From Octopus bimaculoides (Eukaryota): DNA of 64,000 nt. A program made the position numbers and the translations under genes. The DNA lies in the NCBI RefSeq assembly GCF_001194135.2, contig NC_068989.1:65710681-65774680 (forward strand), given 5' to 3'. Each line of letters starts with the position of its first letter. Position 1 is the stretch's first letter. Below the pieces are notes generated by a model, which saw nothing but the letters and a program-made list of their open reading frames with translations, did not search any database and was not told the origin of the DNA. Shown here piece after piece: positions 1-13,887 of this stretch.

Positions 1-432
1 GTTGTTTTGCTAATCTTGGATTGTTCACAATGGTTTCCGAAGTTACTGCATAATTTAAGTCAGTTATAGTTTTTGTGGTTGCTATAGTAACAACAAAAAT
101 AATATTAATAATACTGATATAATAATAATACCAACGATAATAATAACAATGAATCATTTATTGTTGCAAGGCCGACGAATGGGAGACATTACTAGAACGA
201 ATTTCAAAACATGGATAGCGGGGTAGGATACATTTGGCATAAAAAGAAAACAGCTTGGGATGTGAAGTAATTTATCGTGTATGAAGACATAAGACAGAAA
301 CTGACATATAATTGTAAGATAAAAAATATAAATATATATTAAAAAAAACGCTTACCAGGGTGGTCTACCTCGAGTATAAAAATTAGGCATGCAAGCATAA
401 AATAAAAACAGATTTGAGAATGAAATATTTAG

Positions 433-532
433 AATGATATTACTCCAAAAGAGGTACACATATCTCATACCGATGAAGGAAATTACACCTCTGATATTGT
501 TGAATATCAAGGGCAAATTTTCTTTCGTAATA
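433..532 (+). CDS. Candidate internal exon of an unidentified plus-strand gene (NDITPKEVHISHTDEGNYTSDIVEYQGQIFFRN)
   Basis: tttAG before 433 and A|GTAAGT after 532; 100 nt, phase 0 to 1; the frame stays open to about 745. The acceptor is weak and no homology is recognised. Confidence 0.3.
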
Positions 533-1374
533 GTAAGTTCATACCAAAAGCTACGTCTGTTCAGTACAGATCCATTCAACCTGGCCATACACACCGCTCT
601 CTACATTGTTACGGCATTTTAGTTGTCGCTAAATGTTCAAGTGAATTACTAGAAATAGTAGCCACTTTGTACAGTCGAACATGTAATTTTGACCTCGAAA
701 AAGATAGACACATCGTTCAACCTAGTTCTATATATTACATAAAATAAAAACGTGAGTCACGAAAATGTCTTTCGTTGTGGTTCTTTCCAATCAGGATTTG
801 TGTTAGATTCAAGAACGACAAGAACAACATCAACAACAACAGATTTCAGAAAAAGTACGGGAGGGCAGCACTATCTCTCCATGCTCAACATCGGTCCTAC
901 GTGATACTTGAAATAGTTGAGTAGGGATGAACAGAAGAAAAAATCTCTGGTATTGCTGATATTATTTTCTATTATTTTTAAGGATGTGAGGTTTGCGAGG
1001 TTTGCGTGTAAGACAAAATGCTTAGCAGCTTTGGCTCTGAGTTTTGTGTTAAAATCCAACCAAAGTCTACCGTTCATCGTTTCCAGTTACTAAACAAATA
1101 CCAGAGCCAATGTGATTGAGTAACACGTTTTGTACCAAAGATCGAAAGCAGTATTATTGTTATAATTATGACAGCGGGATGGGCAAATTATTTGTGTATC
1201 GAATTAGTTTGCCGTACGTTCTGAGTTTAAATCCCACCAACGTCAATTTTTTTTTCTTCCGCATCCAGAAATTAGGATGCGATCAAATACTGGTGTCCAT
1301 GGTATCGTCTAACTCCTTCACTCAAAAATGATGGCTTTCTACCTAAATAAGAAGTTAATATTAATACTATTAAC

Positions 1375-1590
1375 AGTTGCGGCAAGCTGGCTGAACCGTT
1401 AGTACGCCGGACAAAATGTTTCGCGGCATTTTGTTCATCTTTACATTTCCGTTCTCCCGAGATTGACTTTGCTTTTCATCTTTTTGGGTTCGATGAAATA
1501 GACACCATTCAAGTACTGAAGTCCACCTTATCGTGTTACAGCTATTCCATAAACTGCTAGCCTTGTTCCAAAATTTGAAACTACTATTAT
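1375..1590 (+). mobile_element. tRNA-derived SINE, family B (degenerate)
   Basis: gcggcaagctggctgaaccgttagtacgccgg head; gactttgcttttcatc core; ttgttccaaaatttgaaac 3' end. Confidence 0.75.
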
Positions 1591-2109
1591 AAATTTCTCT
1601 TAGGACATTTTTACGTTATGGCGTTCAGGAGAAAAAGAACAATATAACAGTGAAATAAACTTGCAACATAATAAATGGATAAAAGTGACTGCTTTGTCAC
1701 ATCGACACATTGAAAGAAAAATAATGAAACCAGTAAATAGTGACTATTAGCGATAATGGTAGAGTATACAGCACATGACGTACAGAAACTGCACTGAGTG
1801 AGGGTAAAGTCGTCAAAAATTTCTCTTTCGATTTTTGTGTTTTTTAAATTACATGTTAATAAGTCAATAACTCTCAGAAATTGAACATCCATGTTTTCGG
1901 ATTTAGGAAGTCAGTATGACAAAGTTGAGTAATCAAGCAACATTACGTTCTTTCTCACCACGTTATTAAGTAGGAGAGGAAACGAAAAATATTGCCCTAT
2001 TTTAGTGGCGTACGATGTACATTTTTATTTTTAAATTAAAAATATTCGTCTCATACACTGCCTTCCAACCTGCGAATTACGCACACATATAAGATCATCT
2101 AGCTTTTGA

Positions 2110-2642
2110 AATTTTAATCTTTCTCTTTTCCTTGCGTCAGACTACAGCCATGCTGGGGCTACTCCTTGCAGAATTTTAGGAGAAGAAATCATCGACCCCA
2201 GTACTTATTTGTTTAAACCTGGTACCTATTATTCTATAGGTCGCGTTTGCCCAACTGCTAGGTTACAGGAATGTATAAACACTAAAGCCAACTATCAAGT
2301 GCTAGCGAAAAGGACAGACACAGACACACATACACCCACATACAAACACACACACACACATATATGTGCATCAGCATGGCCGCAGCTCTAAGCTGAAACT
2401 ATAAACAATATAATATATATATATACATATACAGAGTTGGCTAAAGTCACCCGACAGTAAATAAAAACCATTTAATTCCAAGATTTATTTTATGTTTAAC
2501 AAATGAATGAATTTAATAACATCATGAAAATTGTTCAAACTGAAGTCCTTGAGCGACACATTTTCTCATTCGAGTCGATGCATAATTGCAGATAGTATTT
2601 ATGGAATTTCGATTTACTGTCGGGTGACTGTTGGCCAATCGC

Positions 2643-2728
<86 letters not shown>

Positions 2729-2897
2729 AAATGATACGGGTTTCTTTCAACTTCCGTCTACCAGATCCACTTTAAAGTCTTTAGTCGCCGTGAGACTATT
2801 ATGGAAGACACTTGCCCAAGGCGCCACACAAGGCGTCTGAGTCCAGAACCATTTGGTTTGAAAGCAAACTTCTTATTGCACAGCCAATCCTGCACCT
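2110..2897 (-). mobile_element. tRNA-derived SINE, family A, interrupted by a MITE
   Basis: 2735-2897 is the reverse complement of the family A 5' half seen at 56453; 2110-2400 is the reverse complement of the 3' half; the MITE and (TA)n lie between them. Confidence 0.75.
2432..2643. mobile_element. Tc1/mariner-type MITE (about 210 bp)
   Basis: TIRs cagagttggctaaagtcacccgacagtaaat and atttactgtcgggtgactgttggccaatcgcg, flanked by TA; second partial copy at 26892-26968. Confidence 0.8.
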
Positions 2898-3179
2898 AGC
2901 TATTATTTTTCCTAGGAAATTTTCACTTCAAATTAAGATTGTACCGTATATGCCCATGCGCATATGTGGTGACTATACTTGTCTTACTAAGGAAACTCTG
3001 TCTTTTCCGTTTACCAATGAAGCAGTAGTTAAAAGTAGCACTGAAGACGGCAAAATTATCCCAAATCATAGCGTCTTTACTCCTAACTCAGCCAGTCGCA
3101 GTTGCTGAAGGAAAAATCACTTCAACGTTTTTTACCCACAGTTCTGTCGGTGTATGCTCGAAAATTTGCAGCCATGAAA

Positions 3180-3625
3180 ATCGCTAGTAAGCCCTTGAGT
3201 TGTTGATCATTTTTTGCAAATAGCTTTAGATCATCCATGTAAATGAGTTGATTTATATTTTTATCAAACATTTTGTAACCGTATTGTACATCATCGAGCA
3301 ATTTTGAGAGAGGTATTAAGGCCAGACAAAAGCAGAGTGGTGATAGTGAGTCACCCTGGAGAATGCCACCTGAAATTCTTATATCTCCAGCATTTAGAGA
3401 TACATTGTCACTGTTCAAAGTCATGATCTCATACTTACAGACAAAAAGTTTCGCAGAGTAGGAGTTATTTTATACATTTCCGGACATTTCTTAATCCAGC
3501 TATGTGGTAGGCTATCAAAAGCGTTTTTATAGTCTATCCAGGCTATTGACAAGTTTTTGTGTCGTTTGTGACAATCTTCTAGGATCATCCTATTGATGAG
3601 TAGCTGATCCTTACAACCATAAGAT
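3180..3625 (-). pseudogene. Non-LTR retrotransposon reverse transcriptase fragment (R4/Dong-like)
   Basis: GILQGDSLSPLCFCLALIPLSKLL and YMDDLKLFAKN are RT domain motifs; truncated at both ends; 5' side abuts (ATT)n. Confidence 0.9.
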
Positions 3626-3641
3626 CCACGTTATTATTATA

Positions 3642-3708
<67 letters not shown>

Positions 3709-4489
3709 GTATTGCTGTTGTTTTTGTTATTATTATTATTATTACTATTATTAATATTATTTATTACAGATATGTTTCATTTCTTGCAGAAAATTCATAA
3801 TGCCATGTGATTTTGATACGCACAAATGTTAATTATATGTTCTCCGAATATAAATTCTTTAAGATAGTAATTATATCAAATTTGTGAAACCTTGCATATA
3901 TTAATTATATTTTACGATTCATAAATTCATAATGTCTCTGTTTTTATGATATCATTGTCTATTTTAATTCCTGCATAAATTCATACCAAACACGATGCCT
4001 TTATAAGCCAACAGATTTCGAAATGTTGCATGTATTAGGATTTCCTTGAAAGGGACAAATGACAGAGAACAGTTAGAAACATATAAACTAACCTCACACA
4101 TTCTATGTCAGTGTATGTATACATACACACAAGCACACATACACACACACTCACACACACATATGTATATATGAATGTATACATGTATGTATGTATGTAT
4201 GTATGTATGTATGCATGCATGTATGCATGCATGTATTTAAAGGGAGTGATTCTGGTAATTTTGCATAGCATATTAGCAGGCCATAAATAAAAGGTGACCA
4301 AATATAATATTATGCAACATGAACAAAATTATAATTGTCAAATTTTAACATGACAAATTCGAAGTTAACAAAAGAATTGAAAAGGTGTTCGGGCTAACTT
4401 TGACAGTTTGCATAAAAAGAAGATAAAGCACAATATTTCATTCACAAATAGAACTATTTGAAAATCAAAAGAAAATATCAAATAGATTA

Positions 4490-5175
4490 TGGCTAGAAGA
4501 TTACAACTTGCTCATAGGAGCTGCCCTCAACTTACAGCACATCCTCAAGACGACTCCAGAACTTGGCGCATGCGTTCCTCACTTGTCACTGGGAAAATCT
4601 GCGAATAGCTCCTTCATCATAGCCACCAGCGAAGCCATGGTTGGTGTCTTTCTGAACAGCGTCCCATACATAGTAATCCATTGGATTACAACCAGCGTAA
4701 TTAGGAAGCCAGAAACTGGGGCTGGAGGAGTTGTAGAATTCTCCGACAATCACTTAAGACTCTTTCCGGAAGTATAGCAAGGTGCCAAATATTGCTGCCA
4801 CATATATGGCCTTTTAATAGCAACCCTCTCCAGTCAAAGACTGACCAGTTTCCAACAGCTACAAATGGTCATCTGAATTTGGCCAAAGGCCTTGCTCAAA
4901 GATGTGGGGCAGATTCGCGTTGTACGCGCGAAGCCACAACTTCTGCTGTAACCCTTCCTGCTGGCCACGGCTTCGTAGTCACCATTACAGCTGTCCATGT
5001 CAGGTTTCACAATTATTTACAGAGCGCATTCAGTATGATGTCGGCAATTTGAAACCTTGCTCGAATCATCTTGATACGGGTAAACATTTTCCAGTAATCA
5101 GATGGCTTCCAGAACTCCATGTCAGTTAATTTTGTCTCAACTACAACCTTAATATTCGTACTCGCCAATGCCATT
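4490..5175 (-). pseudogene. maT/Tc1-mariner transposase remnant, internally deleted
   Basis: Frameshifted minus-strand reading WQQYLAPCYTSGKSLK*LSENFYNSSSPSFWLPNYAGCNPMDYYVWDAVQKDTN matches WQQDSAPCH...WPPNSPDxNPMDYYVW. Confidence 0.85.
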
Positions 5176-5369
5176 GACTCTTCAGCAATGCCTCAAACTG
5201 TTTCTGACAAAAAGGAGACATAAAATATCGTAAAATTGAGCCCGAACACAGAATATGCCTTATTTGTGCTGTAGCCGATAACCATATTCTTTTCTACTCT
5301 AGGTACAAGGCCCTAAATTTTCAGAGAGGGGATACATTTTTATGTGATATATTTTCATTCTAAAAATAA

Positions 5370-5597
5370 CCTTTTCCACTATAGGAACAAGGCCTGAAAT
5401 TTTGAGGAAAGCGCAAGTCGATTACAACGACTCCATTACGCAACCGGTATTTAATTTATTGATTCCAAAGTGATGAAAGGCAAAGGCAAAGTCAAAGTCA
5501 ACCTCGGTAAGATTTGAACTCAGAACGCAATGACAAACGAAGTATAACTAAGCATTTCGGCCGGCGTGCTAACGTCTCTTCCAACTTGCCGCCTTAG
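5370..5597 (-). mobile_element. SINE family B
   Basis: gatgaaaggcaaa...tttgaactcagaacg...ttgccgcctt is the reverse complement of the family B consensus. Confidence 0.8.
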
Positions 5598-6199
5598 TAT
5601 ACAAACAAATATTAAATATATTTAATACAAAAAATGTGCATATGTAAACATATAAAATAAAGTTCGACTTACAATAGAAATGACATCAGGAATTAAATGG
5701 GATGAGCAAGACTTTTACGAGTACAACAGCTGTTAGACTCCTAAAACTCTTTCTCACTCAACCCCTTTAATTCCTGATGTCATTTCTATTCTGTGTAAGT
5801 CGGATTTTTTTTTTATATGTATACATATAAAACAACTGTTCGTTATAAACTAAACGAAAACTGCGGAACGTATGTATGTACGTATGTATGTATGTATGTA
5901 TGTATGTATGTATGTATGTATGTATGCATGCATGCGTGCATGCATTTATGTATGTATATATGTATGTATGTATGTATATATGCATGTCATTATTCAGTTT
6001 ATTTCAAGATTTCTTGCCACTAGAGAAAGAAAGGGATTCTAACCTAGATCAAAGGTCCCTTCACTGGAATTTCAACATCAACAACAGGGTATTTTTGCTT
6101 GTATGTATGTATGTTTGTATGTATGCATGTATGCATGTATGTATGTGCGGATTTGTATGTTTTAAGTATGTACTCTAATGCATATAGTTACATATGTAC

Positions 6200-7000
6200 A
6201 CATGCTCATATATATTTAAATGATAAATCTGGAAATTTTACTAACTTTTAGAGTTTCAGTCATGGCTTTGGATCTGTAGTCTTCGAATTAGCTCTTTCCT
6301 TTCTGATTTTGAGAAACCTTATTTCTCATGATTGGTATTTAGGCAGTGTGTTACATATCCCAGGGCCCCAATAATTACAGGTATAAACCTGAACTTCTAA
6401 TCTGGATAGAGTACTTGCAGATTTCTCAATAGTTCAGCATAGGTGTTTTCTTTTACACAGATTTTCAGCTTTATGTCAACATCCGCTGGGCAGCTAATTT
6501 CTACAACTGCACAGTTTCTCTTCTCTATCCTAAATCATTATATCAGGTCTGTTGTGCCTATATTTTATTGAGGTCTTCACTGGTACGTTCCACCAGTATT
6601 TCTTTTTATTATGAGTGGCTATGGCTTCTACCATATTGTGGGTTTTTATTTCTTTGTCCACGGGATTATCTTTCTGACGGATTTCATTAGAAAGTGTCCT
6701 CCCTATAACGTCATGTTTCACTGGTAGATAAATACTGTGATGAGATTTTGGGGCAACTGCTAATGATGCGGGTGATATCTTCAGGATGAACTTCACAAAG
6801 TCTGCATCGGTTGTCACATTTTACAACTTTTCCTGCATCTCTATCTCTTTTGTGCATCAGGTGTTTGGTTGATATTTCCTGCTCTTGGATTGCAAACGCA
6901 TACCCTTCAGAGTGGTAGGTGGTAATCCGGCTATTCATCCATAATAAACTGCTTTGATGATCGATGTTACTATCATCACGGAGCTTTCTAGTAACATATT
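6200..7000 (-). pseudogene. R4/Dong-like LINE C-terminal region (CCHC knuckle plus restriction-like endonuclease)
   Basis: EGYAFAIQEQEISTK...CRLCEVHPEDITRIISSC, KHDVIG, WWNVPVKTSIKYRHNRPDIMI; frameshifted. Confidence 0.85.
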
Positions 7001-7469
7001 CATACATAGTCTTCTGTATATATATATATGTATATATATNNNNNNNNNNNNNNNNNNNNNNNNNNNNNNNNNNNNNNNNNNNNNNNNNNNNNNNNNNNNN
7101 NNNNNNNNNNNNTATATATATATTATGTATATAATGCATATATATGTATGTATCTCTGTATGTATGTATATATGTATGTATATATATATGTCTTCAAATG
7201 TTTGAGAATAAGAGTGGAGCAATTTTGAATAGTGATTCACAAAGACTTTGTATATATATCTTACTTCTGTTACTAAGTTTAATGAAAAACATCATTCATT
7301 TAACCATCATACAATTATGGAAAAACCAACAATCATACATACGCAAGAAAGTAAATTGCCATACGTGCATGTGCATATGTATGTGTGTATTTATATATGT
7401 ATGTATGTATGTATGTGTGTATTTATACATGTATGTATGTATTTATGCACCTTAGTCTTTTGCGGTATT

Positions 7470-7865
7470 TCGTACATCTTACGTTTCAGTTCAAATTCCG
7501 CCAAGGTCACCTTTGCCTTCCATCCTTTCGCGGTCGATAAAATAAGTACCGGTTGGGAACTGGGGTAGAAGAAATTGACTTAACCCCTTCCCCGAAATTA
7601 CTGACCTTGTGCCAAAATTTGGATCTATATTACTATAAAGAGAGAAGGCGGTGAGCTGGCAGTATCGTTACCACGCCGGGTTAAAATGCTTTGCTGCATC
7701 TCGTCCGTCTTTACGTTCCCTGTTCAAATTCCACAGAGGTCGACTTTGCCTTTCAATTCTTCGGGGACAATAAAATAAATACATATTGATCACTGGGATC
7801 GATGTAATCGACTTGCCCCATTTCCCAAAACTGTGGGCCTTCTACCAAATGTTGAAACCAATTTT
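7470..7865 (+). mobile_element. Two tandem SINE family B copies
   Basis: Partial copy 7470-7625 and full copy 7646-7865 (aggcggtgagctggcag head, gtcgactttgcctt core). Confidence 0.8.
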
Positions 7866-8082
7866 ATTATACAGAGAAGGAAGAAAACAAAAACAGCATT
7901 TAGAATAGCTCCACAATATTTAAAGCAGAAAAATTATATATCCTAAGAATATCAGGAACAACTGCCCGAGGCGCCAAAAACCTTATTATATAATATCTAT
8001 TGTAAATAAGGACTAGTTGAGCACTAGACTGCTTCACCTCCCAATCAAAATTACTGACCTTGTGCCAAAATTATTATTATTA

Positions 8083-8112
<30 letters not shown>

Positions 8113-8117
<5 letters not shown>

Positions 8118-8872
8118 TAGTTTTATTTTTATAACGTGCTTTCACTTCACTACCGAGCGCAGCTCTGTGCGCCTTGGGTATGTGCTGTGGTTTGCCGTGG
8201 TGCTCTTATGTTTACTGTATTGAAAGTGTTTTGCGTAGAATGTGTGCAGTACCCAGTAGTGCAATTTTCTGTATGTTATATATATTTGTAAGTCCTGGTG
8301 TTTTTGTTATGTATTTGTCTGAATATTTTTTTATTATACCTAAGGCACCTACNNNNNNNNNNNNNNNNNNNNNNNNNNNNNNNNNNNNNNNNNNNNNNNN
8401 NNNNNNNNNNNNNNNNNNNNNNNNNNNNNNNNNNNNNNNNNNNNNNNNNNNNNNNNNNNNNNNNNNNNNNNNNNNNNNNNNNNNNNNNNNNNNNNNNNNN
8501 NNNNNNNNNNNNNNNNNNNNNNNNNNNNNNNNNNNNNNNNNNNNNNNNNNNNNNNNNNNNNNNNNNNNNNNNNNNNNNNNNNNNNNNNNNNNNNNNNNNN
8601 NNNNNNNNNNNNNNNNNNNNNNNNNNNNNNNNNNNNNNNNNNNNNNNNNNNNNNNNNNNNNNNNNNNNNNNNNNNNNNNNNNNNNNNNNNNNNNNNNNNN
8701 NNNNNNNNNNNNNNNNNNNNNNNNNNNNNNNNNNNNNNNNNNNNNNNNNNNNNNNNNNNNNNNNNNNNNNNNNNNNNNNNNNNNNNNNNNNNNNNNGCTA
8801 TTCCATAATGTTGGCATAGCTTCCAGTGTATATAGGTCCCAGCTCTGTCGTGTCTGTGAATATATTCCTTAT
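8113..8872 (-). mobile_element. 5'-truncated R4/Dong-like LINE spanning a gap
   Basis: KEYIHRHDRAGTYIHWKLCQHYGI before the gap; VGALGIIKKYSDKY...LLGTAHILRKTLSIQ* and 3' UTR after it; TAA tracts on both sides. Confidence 0.9.
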
Positions 8873-8884
8873 TTATTATTATTA

Positions 8885-8937
<53 letters not shown>

Positions 8938-8957
8938 ATTATTATTATTATTATTAC

Positions 8958-9080
8958 GTAAGGCGGCATTTCGTCCGTCTTACGCTTTGAGCTCAAATTC
9001 TGCAGAGGTCGACTTTACCTGTTATACTTTCTAGGTCGATGAAATAAATAGCAGTCAGGAACCGAAGTCAATATAATCAC
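8958..9080 (+). mobile_element. SINE family B, partial
   Basis: aaggcggcatttcgtccgtcttacgctttgagctcaaattc...gaggtcgacttt. Confidence 0.7.
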
Positions 9081-11050
9081 TTTCCCCTCTTTTTAAACAA
9101 TTTGAAAACATTATTGTTATTATGATGAGGTAGTAAACTGGTATAGAATTGCTAGCACGCTAGAAAAATGCTTAGAGGCATTTCAAACTATATCTTTGTC
9201 GATAAAAGGAAAAAAGAAAACGGATGACATGTAAAGTCTATTTCAGCGGGTTTTGAACTGAGATTTGCAAAGAACTGGAAGAAATATTACATGATTCTCC
9301 CACTCCATCCGTGTTTATTTTTCTGATTTTGACACACGGTCAGCAATTTTATGATGTGGGGATTAGTCGATGTCATTGGCCAATTTACTTAACCAGTTCA
9401 TTTAATATTATCAACCCCAGAAGGATGAAAGGCAAAGTTGACCCTAGCGCACCAAAGCAAATAAAAAGGGTCATTACAAATTTATATATATCATTAAACA
9501 TCGAACTTTTTATTGAACTCTTCATCTTTAACTTGGGGCGTTTGAATATATGTTCTTATATAAGCCGTCTTCCTCAATATTTATGCAGCATTTATTTTTA
9601 TTTCCAACCATTTATTTCTCGTTCTTTTATCTTTTATATTTTATCTCTTATGATTTCTTTCTCTTTCAATTACTCTCTTTTATTTACTACATTAACATTT
9701 TATTCTTCGTTTCATTTCTTTGCCGCTTTTTGTCTATAGAGTTGTTATTGTATCTTTTATCTGTCTTTGTCTTTCATCTTATTTGTTTATTTCGTCGCTT
9801 TTGTTTTCTTTATCTTGCTCTTTATCTATTAAAAAGTTATTGTTGCTTAATATTTCTTTTTAGCCACCATCTTTTATCCTGTGAAATTCTTCTTTACTTT
9901 ATTTAAGCCTCGGTACATATTCAATATTTCAAAATTTTACTCTATTTCTATTTTCGCCCAAAACGTTTTCTCTTCGCTAACAATAATTTTACCTCGTTTC
10001 CTTCCTACAAACTAGAGATATATTTTTTGAACTGCCTTATCTGTGTATAACCTCTATTTTCGGACAAATGCGCAGAGCTTAAACAAAACATTATTAATAA
10101 ATACAAAGAGATTCCATGTATAGGATCAAAGATAGGAAAATAATTCATATCAATTGTTTCGATCGCATACGTGCCAGAAGGAACAGCACTGTAACAGATT
10201 AGAGGAAAATTCGAACAAGATATAAAGAAATATTACCTGATCCCACACAAAACTGTGAATTAAACGCTATCACAGATTTTGACTCATGTTCTTCAACAAA
10301 CACCAACACACGTATGACTATAACAATTACTGAAACTATCTCCAGATATATCCAAGTTACAGTTCCGTTTATAGATGAGACAGTTTGTATTCAACATATC
10401 TTCTAGTAATGCTGTATAAGCTAACAGCCATTACAAACGCACTCCAATTCTGTATTAGTGTCAAAGCATACTGTTGTGAACGTTTCCAAGAAGTTCATTT
10501 ACAACCAATCACGCACCCTCTAAGGCAGCGATTCCAAGAATTATTACCCGTCACGAACACTTGAAGTTCATTCTATAACTAAGTTAATTATTATATATCT
10601 TTCTTTCTTTCATAAAGTTAAATTTCTTAAGAGATTAATCAAATCATAAAATTCACCATGAAATGTGTGTCAAATCGACCCAAATGCACAAGAAATGTTT
10701 ATGATATTTCATCTTAGTCTAGAGATTTTTTAAAGTGAATTACCCAAAGATCAATATAACATCCTTTTCCCCATAGTGTCACCTTTGGACAACCTATAAA
10801 TGACACGATTTTCTTCTCATAGAGGAAGTGTCATGCAAGTAAAATATAATTACGCATGTAACAGAAAAATGTGTAAAAATGCATTTGTATATAAAACACA
10901 CACACACATACAAATACACACACGCTCTCTCACAGACACATTGTGTTTGTGTACGCATGTTTGTGAGATACGCTATTTAGCGTTTAGAAACAGTAGTTAA
11001 GACAGTTAAATCCCTCTGAAATTACACCCTGCCGTCTTAAGGTCCTATAT

Positions 11051-11094
<44 letters not shown>

Positions 11095-11104
11095 NNNNNN
11101 NNNN

Positions 11105-11144
<40 letters not shown>

Positions 11145-13887
11145 GCATGCATATGCATATGTGTATGTATATGTATGTATGTGTATGTATACATGTTATC
11201 ACTGAATAAATGAAAATGGTTACGAATGGAACAACCTCAATCATAAGTTTACGAGATCAGGTAAGACCAAGACATTGTGCACCACCACCAGCAATGACAA
11301 CAAATAACACAACAGCAACAACAAGTATGAATGCAATACCAATGACAGATACGAAATGCCTACCTTTGAAGTAGCTGTCCGACATCTTTAACGATTCTAC
11401 AACCTGAAGATCCTCAAATATATCGCGTTATAATTGAAGGGATTTTTGAATAATCGAAGTTTTCATTGTATTATCATATGTATATTCACATAGAGAGTAG
11501 TTAGACATATCAGACCAGAAGTAGATTCCATTAAGAATAACCATTAGGTAAGTTCCAGATTTCAAATATTATTATCGATTGAAATTATTACTCTATCAGT
11601 GCTATTGTTCACCATTTCACTCTTGTAAAGTAATACAATGTATATTATGACGTATTTTCAGTTGGAAATAACGCTTTTACATTGACATAATTACATGAAG
11701 CTTAACCTTAAGAATATAAATACACACAGACACGCACACACATATATATATATATATATGTNNNNNNNNNNNNNNNNNNNNNNNNNNNNNNNNNNNNNNN
11801 NNNNNNNNNNNNNNNNNNNNNNNNNNNNNNNNNNNNNNNNNNNNNNNNNNNNNNNNNNNNNNNNNNNNNNNNNNNNNNNNNNNNNNNNNNNNNNNNNNNN
11901 NNNNNNNNNNNNNNNNNNNNNNNNNNNNNNNNNNNNNACTTATATATATATACATATATGTTTATATATATATGTGTATATATATATATATACATATATA
12001 TTGTGTGTGTATATATACATTAATTATATATACGTGTATGTACATATATGTGTGTGTATGTTTGTATGTGTGTGCGTGTGTGTGTGTTTGTTTGTGTGTG
12101 CGTGTGTGTGTTTGTGTGTGCGTACGTATGAGTGTGTGGTGTATATTTTTTTTTAAAACTTAAACTCTTAAGAAATGTATTTTGAATTCAGTTAGGCAAC
12201 CGATGGTTGCATAAATTGATGAGCTTCATGACTGTTAACCTTTCGTATCTTATATTCTCGTGACTCTAAGATGTCCTTCATTGAAATTCTAGTTCTCTTA
12301 CAGTTGAACTTGTTTAAGGGTTTCTAGATTGTGGCACACACAATAGATAAATTTACACGTGCATAAACATTCATAATTAAATATATACTTACATACATTA
12401 TTACTTACATACAAACGTACATACATACATTCATACATACATACGTACATAGATAAAAGCATACATACTTGTGCATTGCGGGGAAATACAAGGGGTTTCA
12501 CTACCTATTGCACATTGATGAAATGGCTCAATGAATTTATTTAAAATATGGTGGGAGAAGGATTTTTAAAAATGAATTAATAGTAACTTTCAAAACTTCT
12601 GCATTTATTAATCTTGAATTAAAAAAAGAAGCGTTCGATGAAGAGAGTTAACTTTCATATTTGTACACATAGGAAATAGTATATTTCAATATAGCAGAGA
12701 AAGAGAAGTTTCGCATGAGAACGCGAATGGAAAGGGAATATAGATGTTGTATACTGTGTAGTGTTTGTGAAAAGGAATGAATTTTGATTTCTGTTTATAG
12801 AATATGGCGACGTATAGTAATGCATGTATGCATCCCTCCCTCCCTCCTTCCCTCCCTCCATCCATCCATTCATCCATCCGTACATCCATCCGTACATGCA
12901 TTCAGACAGACATATGTGTGTCTTTATTTATATGTGTGTGTGAGTCTAGGTATGTATAAACACACACATTTTTGAGATATTATATTTAGTGAAAACAAAC
13001 CGCGTGGAAGTTCATGAGGAATTTAGACGAAATGAATTTTAAATAAACAGAATGACTATATAAATATCAAAATAATATTTTAAATGAATTTTTAAAATAG
13101 CAAACTAATATTTGGGTTAATATCAATATTTACAGTTTATTGCAACTGTGAAGAATAAATGATTAAAGAAAGGACGAACAAAACCTATCTTGGAATATAA
13201 TGGCAGATGGGGTATATTTGAGGCCAGCAAAAACACTGTCTAAGGAAGATTAAAACAATTAGAGGTTAAATTGAGATAATTAGCTAGTGCGTAAAATACT
13301 ATATATTTTGTATAGAGTAATATGGAGGATTGTATCATAAATGTTTCTTACCTACACCCTTTATGTCTCTTTTTCACAGACATACCATTAACTTACCCAT
13401 GTAGTAGCACACGAGATTTCTTACCTCCCTTATTCTTCCTCTGTTTCAACATTACGGAACTACACTAAAATATGTTTATTTGAAAATAATCGTTTTAATT
13501 GATTCACAGAATCTTCTACGAAATTAAATTAAGCTAACGACCTGTGTAATGATACTTCAAGCTCACATAACTCTACTTCATGTTTTCTTGCATAATTTCC
13601 TGTTATTAAGTGATATTTATCTTCCTAAACTATATGTTTTATATATTTACTCAGCTAATATGGAACTGTGTTTCTTTTTCTTTTAACGGACAACCATTAT
13701 AATATGCATTATATGGCTATGTGTGTATGAGAGTAATATGATCTTCAACTACAAATATATATGTATGTATATATAAATATATATATGTGTGTGTGTGTGG
13801 TGTTGTGAATTTCTGGAAAGGAATCCCATAAAACTCTACAAATTTGTTAAAAATGGTTGAAAGATGTTAGATTGTTAGAGAATTTTA

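Noticed and set aside
352-594. Minus-strand ORF RLNGSVLNRRSFWYELTITKENLPL
   Set aside because: Weak acceptor, and it overlaps the plus-strand candidate, which has the more canonical donor. The two cannot be resolved without RNA data.
9500-9960. Hydrophobic ORFs 9311-9739 and 9550-9906
   Set aside because: T-rich low-complexity composition produces F/L/I/S runs with no domain signal.
13397-13464. Minus-strand exon candidate CSSVMLKQRKNKGGKKSRVLLH
   Set aside because: Its phase is incompatible with the 54-nt exon, it has competing internal splice sites, and no homology is recognised.
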